In this document: in pieces, positions 21,707-35,322 of the stretch | Position numbering within the stretch: position 1 is the stretch's first letter | Layout: the number at the start of each line of letters is the position of its first letter | Assembly (NCBI GenBank): GCA_043228905.1 | Contig: JBHGNT010000065.1 | Coordinates: 76,911 to 140,910, forward strand | Direction of reading: 5' to 3' | From: Azolla caroliniana | Taxonomy: Eukaryota > Plantae > Polypodiophyta | Length of the DNA: 64,000 bases | The notes under the pieces: generated by a model | What the model was told of the DNA's origin: nothing | What the model saw: the letters and a program-made list of their open reading frames with translations, nothing else | Database searches by the model: none | Translations under genes and position numbers: made by a program

Positions 21707-24160
21707 ATGCAGCCAGCAACAAAAATGCGCCAGACCTAGAAACCAAAGACGAGCAAAAAAAAAGAAAAGGACAAACGAGCAGATATGAACACGGCCAACA
21801 GAGGGTATAGCAGAAGCCGCCAGAAGCAGCGGATGACCTGTTTCTACAAAAAAAACAGCTGCATATAGCAGAAGCCACTTCCAGGAAGATGCGGTGTAGA
21901 GCTGAACTGCGGACGGAGCGTGAAGAATTGTGAAATTCGGGAAGAATCTGTTACACCAAGTATCAGAATTACGAACACGAAAAGCAGCCAGCCGGACTGC
22001 AGCCATGCTGCGCACCTTTGGTGGAGCTGCGAGACAAACGTAAAGCGGCAGCTAACAGACTACAGTGAAGCTAGACTACAAGCCATTAGTAAACCCCGAT
22101 GATTAGGTTCAGCTGTTGGCTGTGCCCGCGTATATCAATCCGTTTTTTCTGCTTGCTGTGATGCGGCATGAAACGATGAACCACAGAGACGATTTGCCAG
22201 CCAAGCCAGCCAACCGGGAAGCTAAACTACGAACCAAGACCGTGCTCATCCCTGCTCGTTGCCGAAGCTAACATGCACTGATGAGGAGTTGAACCTTATG
22301 CAAGGAGCTCCGTTAGCTCTCAGTACATCAAAAGAAATCAGTAAAGTAAGTAGAGCTCTTGCTTGCCTAAAACACAAAAAACAAGGTAAACTTTAATATT
22401 GGAAATTATTCATGTTATCTTTTACGATTAATATCCTACCTTACTGATCCAATTCTTCTCTTTCCATTTCTTTCACTTTAGAAGCACCCGGTAGGGTCTT
22501 GTATCTACTAGAGCTAGACCTTTGACTTCTATCTGGTTCTTCCTCTTTCTTCTACTTTGCTTTATTTTAGAAGCACCCACCTGCTACTTCCGCCTCATTT
22601 ACACTAAAAATAGTATGCCGGCGAACGTGGAAATTCAGCTTTCCGCCTCTGCCCTCGTAGGTGAATCGATGGGCGGTAAATTGTCGTCTTCTGCGGCGGC
22701 CCGCATCATAGGCGCGTTGCTGCTTTCTGCGGCATCCTCGTAGGGTGAGTTGTGTTCTATGGTATACTGCGATATAGGTAAGGATTCTTCGGCCGAAATA
22801 ATCTTATTGGATTATAAAACGCCGCATTAATTGTATAGCTCTGCGCCATTCGTATTTAGCGTAAGCTCCCTTCATCAGGGAGTCGAGTTCTTCAATCCGC
22901 TCAATATCTTCCGTACCCTCAGTCTGAGTTACACGCTCATTGATGTGCGGTTGATCTAATGCTTCAGCGGTGTCTGCTGTGCTTGCAGCACTTCCTCTTC
23001 TACTGACGATGTTGGTAAAATTAACGAATAGATAGTTATTGAGCCTTTGCATGTGCTTTTTTATTTAGTGTTTAGGTCTAATTAGTAGGCTAGGCGTTAA
23101 CCTGCCCGAAGAGGTCAGACGTCCCTCTCCTGCTCGTTCTTCGTATCCATAACGATTTTGTTTCAAGTAAGGTTTTAGGGTTTAGTGAATGGGAATCCCT
23201 TTAGATTATAAATGTCCTGCGAGGCAAAAAACCTGGTGAAGCATCTGATAAAGCAGCTCATTTTTAGCTCATATTCTTCCTGGGCGAAGCGCCGCTCGTC
23301 TCATATTCTTTTATCCTCCCCTGAGTAGACTTCTACTAACTTCTTTTCTCTAAAAGGGAACAATTCGTTTGTGAGAATAGCCGTATTATTCTTTTTGGAC
23401 GGAAAGACCTGCTTCACTGTTCCCGCTGTGGGATTGGCTTCGAGCTCTTCTTTCTTGCGCGGGCGGCTTAGGTGGAAGGTAAAGAGGGTCCCTTTCTGGT
23501 CATTCAATTTCTACCAAAAAGCAAGCAGCAAAGTAATCTATAAATTCTATCTAAGTTATAGGAGGAGAGACAGGTCGTTTTCCAGATCCTTCGACAACGA
23601 AAAGAATGGGGTTGAGAACTGCTGAATAGCTGGTTTGCCTGCACCGTACAGTTCTGGCTTTGACTTTCGGTCGATTCCCCATTACTGTAAACGTGGCGGA
23701 AACTGCCTGCGGTTAAGTGCCGGCACAGAACAAACATTTCGATGATAGAATGTCGGTTTAGTTTCCGCAGGCCATGCCGGTCGGATCGCCGTTCCGGCGG
23801 ACCAAACCTGCCGTGGCTTTGCCTTTCCCTTTGCCTTTGAATCGAGTCTCGAAAGCAGCTATGAAACCGTGGGGGGCGACCCCTGCAGGACCTGTGCTGT
23901 AGGCCACCCCTAAAGCAGATAGAACCAGAATCGGATCGTGAAAGACTGATGGAACGAGTGACATGACCGAATGATTGTTTAGCTAGTGATAGATTTTACG
24001 GGTCTTAAACGTTGTATGCTTTCTTTTTGGGGTGTTGGAGTATTGAACTTTTATTTCCTCATCACCTAGCCCGGGATTTAGTGAAATTCTCCCTACACCT
24101 TGACTAAACGATCATTTCGAATGGACGACGCAGGAGAGGAGTCGCATCCTTTCTCCTTCC

Positions 24161-24867
24161 GTATCCGCTCTTGAAAATCACCGGCCCGCCCCTTCCACCC
24201 ATCATAGTGCCCCCTCGTCCGTTACTTTACCTCAGTGCTCTCCTGCCCGCGTAACATTATGAAAGGGTTGAGAACAGCAACGGCGACGGTATAGCAAGAG
24301 AAAGCTAGAGAGAAAGGGCTATGGGAATGTGAAGGACTCCCTTCGTTGAAAAAGAAAGTGTCGATTGTCTATTCTTTAGGCACTCGCGGGAGACTAATCT
24401 CTCCTAGAGAACACGTGTGGGAAGTATTCGTTTCTAATAATCCCAAAGTCTTTAAGGTTTTGACCATTTTGTGTAACCATTAGGATGCTCCGAAAACACT
24501 GGAGTACAGGAAGGAAACACTGGTGTCAAAGCATTCTTTGGGAACCACATCCTGTTCTTCCTAGATGGATGATTTGCCCCGTTTGATGCCGTCGTGTGAA
24601 AGTTGTTTTCATGATTTAGGAATTCAACTGATTTTAGGTAATCCATCTTTATGTGGCACGACATGAAAGGTGCTATGAAAAACACGTAACCGACCGAATT
24701 ACGTGAAATGGATAAATCAATCTGGTTAGGGCATTCTTTAGAACTTACTTCAGGAAGAATCATCCAGGGCTGCGGTTGCGGTTTCTTCTTTCTTGTATTC
24801 ATAACTTTTTTCTATTGCTTTTTCGGCGAAAAGGCAAGCAAGTTTTACCTGACTTAACTGAAAAGCC
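24161..24867 (+). repeat. 707-bp inverted repeat (partner 57640..58346); its 138-bp end also occurs at 37028..37165
   Basis: ORF 24452..24802 = 57705..58055 (sum 82,507); boundaries read base by base. Confidence 0.93.
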
Positions 24868-24888
24868 TAGAAGTGTTTGTAATGCACA

Positions 24889-24962
24889 GCATCCTTAGCT
24901 CAGTCGGATAGAGCAACAACCTTCTAAGTTGAAGGTCACAGGTTCAAGTCCTGTAGGATGCG
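24889..24962 (+). tRNA. trnR-UCU: tRNA-Arg(UCU)
   Basis: GCATCCTTAGCTCAGTCGGATAGAGCAACAACCTTCTAAGTTG...AGGATGCG. Confidence 0.92.
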
Positions 24963-25182
24963 GAAAGTGCACATTAGATTATATACCTACGGAATGCTTT
25001 GCCCTTGTTCAGGGCGGGCTAGCGGGTTCTTCCTTTCAACCGAACCTGCATCATGCTTCGGTCACTTTTCGCTATATTGGTATATGGGATTACTTGCCCC
25101 TTTTCACTTCTTTTTAAACAGCCATGATTATAAAGAACCAATCTCACTACGATTTTTATGAAACGAAGAAAGACTTTTTCTT

Positions 25183-25485
25183 ACGGATCTGGTCAAATAT
25201 TTGACATTTTCCATGATTTCCTCTCTTTCAGGTATTCAGGGAATTCTCTCAAATAGAAGGAATATTACTATTATGCCGACGCTAATTGAGTTAATGTTAT
25301 TGGCTGTCAATTTGAACTCTCCGGTATTTTCTGTCTATTCGGATGATATGATGGGTTAATCACTCACTTTACTAGTGTTAACGGTGGCAGTTGCGGAATT
25401 CGCAATTGGGCTGGCCATTCCGGTGGTAACTTCTCGAATTCGCGGGACCATTGCCGTGGAATTTCCTAATCGCATGAAAGGTCGA
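25183..25485 (+). CDS. nad4L: NADH dehydrogenase subunit 4L (100 aa; ACG start and CGA stop both need C-to-U)
   Basis: (M)[62 protein letters not shown]; 303 nt. Confidence 0.93.
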
Positions 25486-26206
25486 GCACCATTAAACTCA
25501 TTGCACTTCGTTTTTCCTTCTTGAATACGAAGTATACTTTGGCATTAAGGGAGGAGATACGATTCGAATCTCTCTTTTGAAAGCGGATTTACTGAAATCA
25601 AACGCTTTTTTCATTCGGCCACTTCCCGCTTCGACTTTCCGAGCCAAGATTAGGGTTTATTTTGATATATGAACCCGGGCATATACGGGCTTTATGAGGT
25701 TTTTTCATAAAACGAAATACTCCCGATAGAAAAGTAGGGTCCCATTCACCTTATTCGCTTGCACCACCGGCTTGCTAGAGGCTCTACCGTTTCCGAAGTA
25801 ATAACTTTTAATATATTAAGAAGAACAAAATAGAATCACCATGGCTAATACTTACTCTTTTACAGTCTGTCAGACTTTAAACGGCTTCTTTTCTTTTCTT
25901 TTCTTTTCTTTCGGGCCTCGCCCAAGAAAGAAAGCCGGATCAAGCCAGTTATAGGCTATAAACGTAACAATTGTTATTTGGATTTTCTTATTTACACGCC
26001 TGAAGTATCAGGCAACTGTTTGAGGTCCCACGCAGCAGCAGCACGGTCTCGCTGATTTGTTTAGTCGAACGAAAAGGTGTCGCAAAAGAGTTTGATGAGG
26101 TCCAATGGCCTCGTATATTTTGCTTATTCAACACTCACTGGAAGATCCTGCTACGCTACCGAGGCTGTGGGCATTGCTAATTCTTTGCCTCTTTGGAGTT
26201 CCCCTT

Positions 26207-26247
<41 letters not shown>

Positions 26248-28489
26248 GCGGGCGGAAGAATGGGCACATGTCATTACAGCAGCGGAAGTGAAACCGGAGA
26301 CCTGGCGGGAGATTACACCCATTACTGCAAACACTACTAACGAAAAGGTTGGGCAAGAAGACTCAACGATGAAGCGGCACAAAATAACGTAACGAGGGCT
26401 ACGAGCAGTACAACAGCTACAGGCTGTATACATTCTAACCATCCATAGTGTTGGAAGCAAAAACGACGACTATCTCAATTATTGGGGGGAAAGGGGGTAT
26501 ATTTTATTTTGCAAAAAGGGGATCACGGCAAACAAAGAATCTGAGTCAAGAGTCAGTGTTGCTTGCTGTCACGAAGGGCATGGAGGATGTTGATCATTGC
26601 GTTGATGGAGATTCCGGCCGGAGAAAGCGGTGTCGTGGATTGTAGTCTAAGTTGGTTAAACTGCCTGCCTGCGTGCGCACTTGGATTTTTTAAATGACAT
26701 CGAGATACAGAAACCCCCGCCCGACCGCATGAACCGCTTCATCGAAAACCCTTCATTTTCATGCTGCGTGAGATAAGCAATTTACGGCTCAACCTCCCAT
26801 GACGAGTATGATTACTACGTAGACACCGCTATAGACACTTCACAAAGTACAGAAATTGATGACGATGTACTAGAGCTTGATCCGTAGGATCGCTATGATT
26901 TAGACTTTGAGGAGGATGACGGATTAGTGAACCAAAAAGAAAGAGTTGTTGAACAAAAGGCTAGATTGAAAAAAATCAGAAAAGAAAACCCTAAATGTTC
27001 CGCAAATACGTCCAAAGCGTATGCTTTGTTTTGGAAGAAACGAATGTTACTATGCAGAATGCGGGCCTAGCGAATATAACGAGCGAAAACTACTTTTTTA
27101 TTTTGCAGATTTTAGTCCCGCAGGACAGGATTTGGCCAAACCAAAGTTGTGTCATTCTGAAAGGATGATTTGTTGTAGCACATGTCGTCTTTTTCATGGC
27201 TAATCTGCGGCGTGTTTTTCATAGTAGGGTCACGAGAGAGACTGTAAAGCCGAGAAACCCCTGTAGAACAGGGAACCAGCGGTACGACCGAATATAATGT
27301 TAGCGCTATTTTCCCACTGAAAACGATTTCTATACTCATTAAGAGGGCAACTTCCGTATCTATAACATCATTGGCAGGGAACCCGGTAGCCAATCATACC
27401 ATCTAAAACGAACGATCTAGAAGAAATTTGGTAGATTCAAATATATGGTTTAATCATCTACAGTCCAATCAGAATGACAGAGCCAGGGAAGTCTTCGCTA
27501 GGTTTCTTCCGCCGCGCGCGCGCGCCGGGAATCCGCTTACCCTTATCGAACCTGCAACAAGTTCAATCTAAGACATGCTCAAATCAACGATTGGCCTATT
27601 TTGTTTGTCAAATCGATTCTGGATCAATTGGCGAAAGGTCTTTGAGGAATAATAGTCCGATCGTTGATTTCCTCAGCAGAGCCGCCGTTCTTGAACAACA
27701 AGACTAAAGCAGCCATTCGACCAACAGGAACGGACTGCAAGGAAGCAACAAAAACAACAGGTTGTAGAGAACCCACGCCAGCTGTTGAGAAGCTGCGAGA
27801 ACAGCCAAGAAGCCACCAACAGATAGAAATAGAGGGCGAGATCTATCGATACGAGGACCACCAACTGCTACGTTAGCTTAGCTGGAACCTGCATACTTAT
27901 CATCAATTCCCGTGACATCACTCCTGTACCCCTTGTGACTAACGTTTACGGATTAACCTGCTTGCTGTTTCTTCAAGCACCATGAATGAAGGTGCCGGCT
28001 TTTTCTGGGATAGAACTACTGCAATCTGGGTAAGGTATACCTTCTACAAGAACTACAAGAAGGTAGCTCTTCTGTTAGGAGGAATACACAGCTCACTGTA
28101 GGTCTTTGGGGAATTTACAGGTCTATCGCTCTTGCAGCAAATTCAATCTAAGACTGGCACTGAAGAGGCCAAAGGGGAACTAAGGCTAACGTCAACGATT
28201 CCTTTTTAGTTTAGTGCGATGGAAAAAAAAACAATCTCTTGGTGGAGCCCTTATCCGTATTGAAATGTGAATCATATTGCTTATTCTATTATTCATACTC
28301 TTCAGGAAATTACTGTTTTAAACAATATTTTCGGATCGGAAATGAAACCTGTTGATAATCTCTCGCTCGGTTAGTTACTGCCTCTCGCCAATAACTAACC
28401 GGGAGCGGAACGGCCATCGGCAAGGCGGATCATCATCTTACGTCTTGGGCGTGGGCGGGGGCGGACCCCGCCCCGACGTATACATTCCA

Positions 28490-28575
28490 TTACCTGAAGA
28501 GAAAAACACTACAGAAGCCATTTATTCACCATTTATTCAATAGTAACGTGCGGTGCCTTCACTTATCCAACCATT
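28490..28575 (-). pseudogene. cob: Degenerate fragment of the cob 3' region
   Basis: AAAACACTACAGAAGCCATTTAT...AATAGTAACGTGCGGTGCCT matches 35447..35493 (EAP(H>Y)VTIG region), with an 11-nt duplication. Confidence 0.75.
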
Positions 28576-29532
28576 CATTAAGCCCCCATCCTGGTACAAC
28601 CTATTTGTTTTCCAAACCAAAGACGTTGCGTGCAATTGTAGGAGTAATATATGCAGAATTCAATATAGCCCTGGTCATCATATTTCACTTTGCCTTCCCT
28701 GCACTTTTCTTAAAGCCGCTCCATGAGAAATAAGTCTCCCCTTCTGTGTTGGCTGAAGTGATGATAATTACTTTGAACTCTCAAAGATGCGCAAGAGTCT
28801 CAGAATTCTCTTTCAATTACGGAAGTTCCTTTGACAAGAAAGTTGTGGCCATTGAGAAATGGAATTCAATAGAGTTTCTTCATATTTCGACTAGGTAATA
28901 GGGGGAGATAATCATACTGAGTTTCTCCAAAAGTTTGTACATAATGTGCCCTCACAAAACGCTCTATGCTAAGTGAGTGACGTACGCTTTTCTCTCTGAC
29001 TCTTAGCTTAGTAAAGATTTGTTAAATTAAAACAATTTTTTGGTCAAAGCTCCACTTCACGTCTTTATGCGTTTTTAACCACGAGGATTCTCTGTAGCTA
29101 ATTTGACACTTTCAAGTGAGTTGGAGGGTGCCCCTAGAACTAAAATGGTTTTACACAATCTAAAAACTTCCAGAACATGGGTATAATCAGATTTTGATGG
29201 GAAATCTTAGCATAATACGTTTCTGTAATGAAAACGGAGTATACTTGGAGTGAACGTAGGCAAGCTGTGTGTCTTTTCGTGCAGAAACTAAGGTAGAAAT
29301 GGAAGCACTTTTTGCTATTCGCCTCACGAGCGGGCTCTTATCACTCCGCTCGCGTAGTGAACGGAACGGAAGGGCGTTAAAGAAAAGAAACGTTAGCCGC
29401 CCGCTCTTCCATTTCCTAAAAACCCTCAATATGACTAATTGTGTTAGTAGCGGCACTAAATATTTGAATAGGAGAGAAGAGCTAACGTGCTCAGCAACCG
29501 CCCGCCCGTTTAATAATTTATTCATTTTTTGA

Positions 29533-31190
29533 GCAGGTATATTGTCATAATCTGTCTCGATTTGACGGCATCTTGCTATTGAAATATTTAGTTATCCAAC
29601 CTAATATAATATTAAAAACTAGAATTAGAGAACATCAAATAGATCAAATTATTATATATGATAAAAAGAAACTGAAAACACCGCTATTATATATACGGGA
29701 CTCTCTAAAACTATTACCTTCGTTGAAATCTCTAGCTGAGACAATGCGTCCAGAGCTGAGTAGTAAAGGTTCAATTCCGCATAAAGAATCGAACAAGTTA
29801 AATATTAGAGATAAACAATATGAATTAATAAAGTATCTAAAACAGGATATAATGATATTAGCTGGAGTGCTTAAGCAAAGTATAAGAAAAATACTGCTTG
29901 CTTGCTGGGATCGGTTTAGTATAGATATAACGAAATGTCTGACAGTGTCGTCGATGGCAATGAAGATCTATCGTACTCACTACTATCCAAAAGCATATCC
30001 AATATACAGGCCTGATGCTAACAAAGCATCATTTATTCGACGAGCGAGGTTGGGTTGGTGGCCACACTGATGTATACAAGCCGTATGGTAAGGAAATGTA
30101 TTATTATGACGTGAACTCGTTATACCCTTACGTAATGACAAAGCCTATGCCAGGGGGAAAACCTGTATGGAGACTTGTCAGGCAGCGATATGGAGCATCT
30201 ATTTGGCTGCTTTGTGGAAGCGAATGCCCTGATACAATTAAAATACCATTACTACCCTATAAAGATCCTTACATTACAAGGGAACATATTTCCTACAGGG
30301 ACGTTTACAGGCGTCTACTTTACGGAAGAGTTAAAATATGCTATAAGATTGGGTTACAAAGTAGAAGTTAAGCATGGGTATTTATTTGAAAGGAAAGAAA
30401 CTTTTATTGAATTTGTAAGCGAGATATATAAAGAGAGGCAGGAAGCAAAAAAGAGAGGCGACATGGTGACGTCATCTCTGCACAAATTGACAATGAACTC
30501 TCTGTACGGAAGGTTTGGTATAAAACCAGAAATGAATATAACAGAGATCTGTGATCAAGAAAGACTTGACAAGATAATGTCAATATATCCATATGGTATA
30601 GCTGAAGCTATAAATAATACGCATTATATATTGACTTATACAACACAAATGCAGCAGAAACTGAGAAATGAGGATTGTAAAGACGATTCATTTAGATCGA
30701 TGATTCATTGGATGGACTCACGGAACGCCGGCTCTTCCTCAGCTGTACAGATGTCGGCAGCAATAACAGCATATGCTCGAATACACATGTATCCCTATAT
30801 TTCCCGGGTTCCTACTATACCGATACAGACTCTGTAGTACTAGACAAACCGTTGCCTCCGGAGTTAGTATCTTCGAGTTGGGTAAATTTAAGCTTGAATA
30901 TAAAAAAGTAATAGAGGGTTATTTCTTAGCACCTAAATGTTATGCATTTAAAATTGAGGATGGTGATATGGTAAGATACAAAGGTGCAGCCAAGAAATTG
31001 GTAAATTTTAAGCGAGGAACAATATCAAAACCTTGAACGAGTACAAACCTTCTAACAGCTAACTTTCATATAAATTGGAAAGATCTCAGTCAGCATTTAC
31101 CGCAAAGAAATGATGCTTAATGTGGGTATTGATCCCTCTCTCAAGCAAGCAAGAGATAATTGGTATTCAAGGATGGGCTGTGGGTAGATA
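29533..31190 (+). pseudogene. dpo: Linear-plasmid protein-primed family-B DNA polymerase, frameshifted
   Basis: Motifs in order across several frames: YCHNLSRFDG, RDSLKLLP, YLKQD, GGHTDVYKPYG, YYDVNSLYP, KLTMNSLYGRFG, SAAITAYARI, YTDTDS, LGKFKLE, FLAPKCY. Confidence 0.93.
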
Positions 31191-33715
31191 CAAACCCTAA
31201 AAAGAAAGGTTGAAGAACCAACCCGTCCCGTGGCTTCACCTAATAAAGTAGCAGCTGTAGAACCTACGCCGCAGAAGCGCAAGAAGAGGAAAGCTACGAG
31301 TCGTGAAGAAGTGTTACAACGTCGTGAAAAGAAGATGTTACAAGAGAAAATACAGAAGCTCGAAGAAAATGTATTGAGCGATTAAAACGCACGACAATCG
31401 AAGAAATGTTACAGCTTGAGCTTCCAAAGTTCTTCGAAAAGCTACAGAAAAAAGAATAACTTCAATTATATAAAATGGTCAAAAACAAAGAAGAAGATCT
31501 TTGGAAGACAACCCATAAAGAAGAGGATAATGGTCTAAAACAGCAAGCAGCAGTTCACGGAATGTACTGGTGGCATAGTCGCTGCACAGGCCAACAACGA
31601 CATCAAAGTTACATCGAAAAAAAAGGATCAAGCTACTGCCTGCGAAGAACGCCGACTCGCAGCATTATGCTACTCCAACAACATCGAAGATAAGTGAAGA
31701 ATATAATATAAGTAAGGGCACTCCTCCTTGACTTGATAAATAAGTTGCAGAGAGGAAGGAAGGAACAGGATTGAAACATGCCTCAAAATCTATTCATCAT
31801 TTCCTAGGCAGAAATCAACGATTGGGCGTTTACCCATCCATCCTAACGGCCGGCAGATTAGACTCTTTAAAGCAATGCTTTATAATAGATAGAGCTGCTG
31901 CATTGTTTCTTCTTTAACAACTTTATTAGTTGCGGGAGGTTGATAGAATAATTGTTCTTGTCTGCTTGCGTAGACGACATATTGAAAAGGATTGGACCCT
32001 CTAGCCGTAACCGTTAAGACAGGTGCTGCTCTCCCAGCAAGCAGAGTTGGTGGGCGGGATCTCGCTGCATCGAAAGATCAGTCTAATGCGAAGACCGCCC
32101 GCCAAAACAAAAACAAAATTGCATGATGCAGCTACTCGGCAGGCAAAAATGTCTGCATCGACACTACGTGAAGAACGGGTTCAGCGTGCGTGGGAAGAAC
32201 CGCAGCAGAGTGAAGCAGGATTGAACTCTTCATCCAATGCCATTTCCTAGGCAGAAATCAACGATTGAACCTGAGACGTTTACCCATCCATCCTCTAAAA
32301 GATTAGACTGCGGCTTTCAATATTAATTTATAGAATAGCATAGAAATGAAAAAAACTCTGCACTGTGGGCTTCATTGTCGCAGCAGATTCGGCATGCTGA
32401 TGTAGCGGGGAGGACTCTCTTTCACCATTACTGCCTGCCTGCGCGAAAGGAAAGCAGCTAATCTCAGAATTTTTTTGAGGTGGTGGTAGTGTTCGGCGGC
32501 GAAGAAAGTGGTTCATGGTGATATTCTTATTCATCATTTATAAAAGGATCATCCATAAGAGGATTATCATATGCAGTATAACTATGTAACCGGGCGGAGA
32601 AGGCAGTTGAAGCTAGATTTTCATCTGTCGCTGCTTCTTTCTGTCGTCGAAGAACGGCGACTTCCCCTACGAGATAGGTCTGTATCAGTTTGTGTTTCGG
32701 CATCAGTTGGCCTTTCTTCAGTTTGTGTTTCGACATGTTTTGATCAACGGGAGGTACAAGAACCTCATCAGCACTGTCAGTGGTAAGAAGATTTGTATTT
32801 TCCACGTAAACCTGTTGGGAGGTATAATATCACTGTCACTCTCACTACTATTGGTTAATAGCGATGGACGATTTATGACTGAAACTGAATAACTTTCAGG
32901 CAGGATATAGAACAGTATGCATTCCGTTGTTTCTAATAGTAGTTATTGGAGGTATATCAGATGCAGTAAGATAGGAATTAATTTGTAAATAAATTTCAGT
33001 GAGTGTCTGAAATACCCAATAATGATGATTCCCTGCTATTAAAAGATAATAATCTTTCCACCCACAATAGTGTTAATTTCGCTTTCTGAAGGCCTGGTAT
33101 CTAGCCGCATACCACGCTGAATGCGCTCATGTACCAATCTTATACAAATTCAATAAAGAAAACCTTTCAGGTTGCTTGCTGTAAAGGATACTGAATTGAC
33201 ATGTAGAATTCGTTGCTGTTATGAAGCAGATAATCTAATGCATACGACGCGCTTTCCATTATTCTACCTGTTGAATTTACAGAGTCTATTTCGTTTAAAG
33301 CGGTAAATTAAGTCTGTTATGTGGAGGTCTCAGCCAATTATATAGATATAAGAAGGGATTGGATTCACCTATTATGCTACTAGCAGACGGGCTACTGTCA
33401 CTGCTACCTCCACCACTACTACCGCCAAAGATATAGGTTATTACACATATATTTATAGTAGTGAGTACCACTCCCCAAAAAGACTTATTTTTATACATTG
33501 GTTCTTTATTTGTAGCGTCACCCGATTCTCCTAAGACCTGCGCAAGCAACATTTCCCGAGCGAGACCTGCGCAAGCAACATTTTCCGAGCGAGACCTGCC
33601 TGCGATTCTACTCCTTCTCTAGCAGAACCTGTTGATATTTTAACTGATTCCGAAGAATAATAATTTAGCTCTCTGTCGTCCTTCACTACACGCTCAGCCG
33701 AGAATCTTCTCTCGC

Positions 33716-33755
<40 letters not shown>

Positions 33756-34924
33756 CTTGAACTACTATCAGCCGTAGTTTTAGAGCCTTCTTCCGGTACA
33801 TGCTTAGGCTGCACACTAGCCCCACCATTTTCGGTTGGTTGCTGAGGAAGAAGAAGGTTGCGTGCTGACCGCAGAACCAACCTCGAGATGCTTCTATATC
33901 TTCTCCGGCTGAAGACATAAAACATTCTAAAACATACCTATAACATCTATTTGATCTTTTATTAATGGAAGATCTATCACGCCTATAAGGTACCATGTTA
34001 GACCACCTAACAGTAAGACTTGCGCATTCGCATATAACTTCTTTTTTGTTTGTAATAGTTCCATTCTTTTTTACACTCACCAGTGATAGAATCATACTAG
34101 TTATCCCACTTATTCCCAATAGATAGAATAATTGATTACTGTCACCAGCTATAAACTTGTTTGTTGCCTTCTGGTCTAAAAAGAATTACCATTATATAAC
34201 CTAAAAGATGCATACAAACAGCTGTTGTCCAAGTTGAGAGCAAATGATATCTTAAATCTATTAATAATTTTTTTGGATCGACCGATCCTGTCAGCATATG
34301 TAATCTTTTTGATAAACAAATTTAAAGACTTATATATCAAATACTTATAAACTCCATCATAAAATGATGATATTCTTTTTAGTACTTTATATTTCTTCTT
34401 ATTCCTTGACAAAAAAGCTTCGTAATTCATGTTGCCTGAAGTCAGTCGTAGACCCTGCCGCCGGACTGCAGGTCTGGTTTCAACGAACTTTCAGGCTCTA
34501 AAAGATACATTGAATCACGGTTTAGTTTACAAAGCAGCACTGCTTTGGTCTCTGCGGCCGGCGGAAGAAGCGTTGAAGGATTGCTTTGATTCATTGTCTG
34601 CAGACAGGCCTGGATGCAAGCAACAATTGTGAGCTGACAGGAAGAAATAGGTGATCTCCCAGCTGCTGCTTTTGATTGTGTATTTGATTGTGTACTTGAT
34701 GAAGGCCTTTTTTGCTGCTGTTTATAACCCTTTCTTTGTTTCTTCGACCCACTCATCAATATATCTTCCTGCTCTGCACCTTCCAGCTGGGTAGAGTGCT
34801 TTTTATATGTCGTTTTCGGGCGGGCCTTACTCAACCGCATTCTTAGCGATAGTAAATATCAATAGGCTCGGTCAAATAACCACCACTCAAAGTAACTGTT
34901 TCACATTCTTTCTATTCTTTCTAT

Positions 34925-35170
34925 TTTATAACCCAAAGTACTAGCAGAACAACCATTGGTAAGTTCAACTTGACAGGTAAGAGATTTCTAATATTGTATA
35001 AACATCGAACATAGAGTCTTTTTTTCTTAAAAAATCCTCCTTCCTGCAGAACAAATAACTGGTTGTTCATCCATGTTTGGATTCTCCATAAGTTTTACTA
35101 ACTCTTTATCAATTAACAATTCCAAAATGTAACATCCCAAAACATTAAACATTTTTTATCTAAATTGTTT
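34925..35170 (-). pseudogene. Linear-plasmid RNA polymerase remnant, N-terminal/middle region
   Basis: LGCYILELLIDKELVKL...KKKRLYVRCLYNIRNLLPVKLNLPMVV resembles the LLPIKLNLPMVC motif of plasmid RNA polymerases. Confidence 0.65.
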
Positions 35171-35322
35171 TCAATAATATTATTCTATTCCTCATTAAAA
35201 CCACCTTCACAACAAGTACTAAAAGTTAGTTCACAACAAGTACTAGAAGGCTCAATCCTGTTCTTTTTTATTAGAAAATCAGTTTATCTATAAGCGTTGC
35301 GGCCTTTATTTATTTTCTTATA

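Noticed and set aside
24452-24802. 116-aa ORF (also 57705..58055) as a maturase
   Set aside because: It has no RT or domain X motifs, is antisense to the intron, and is duplicated only because it lies in a repeat.
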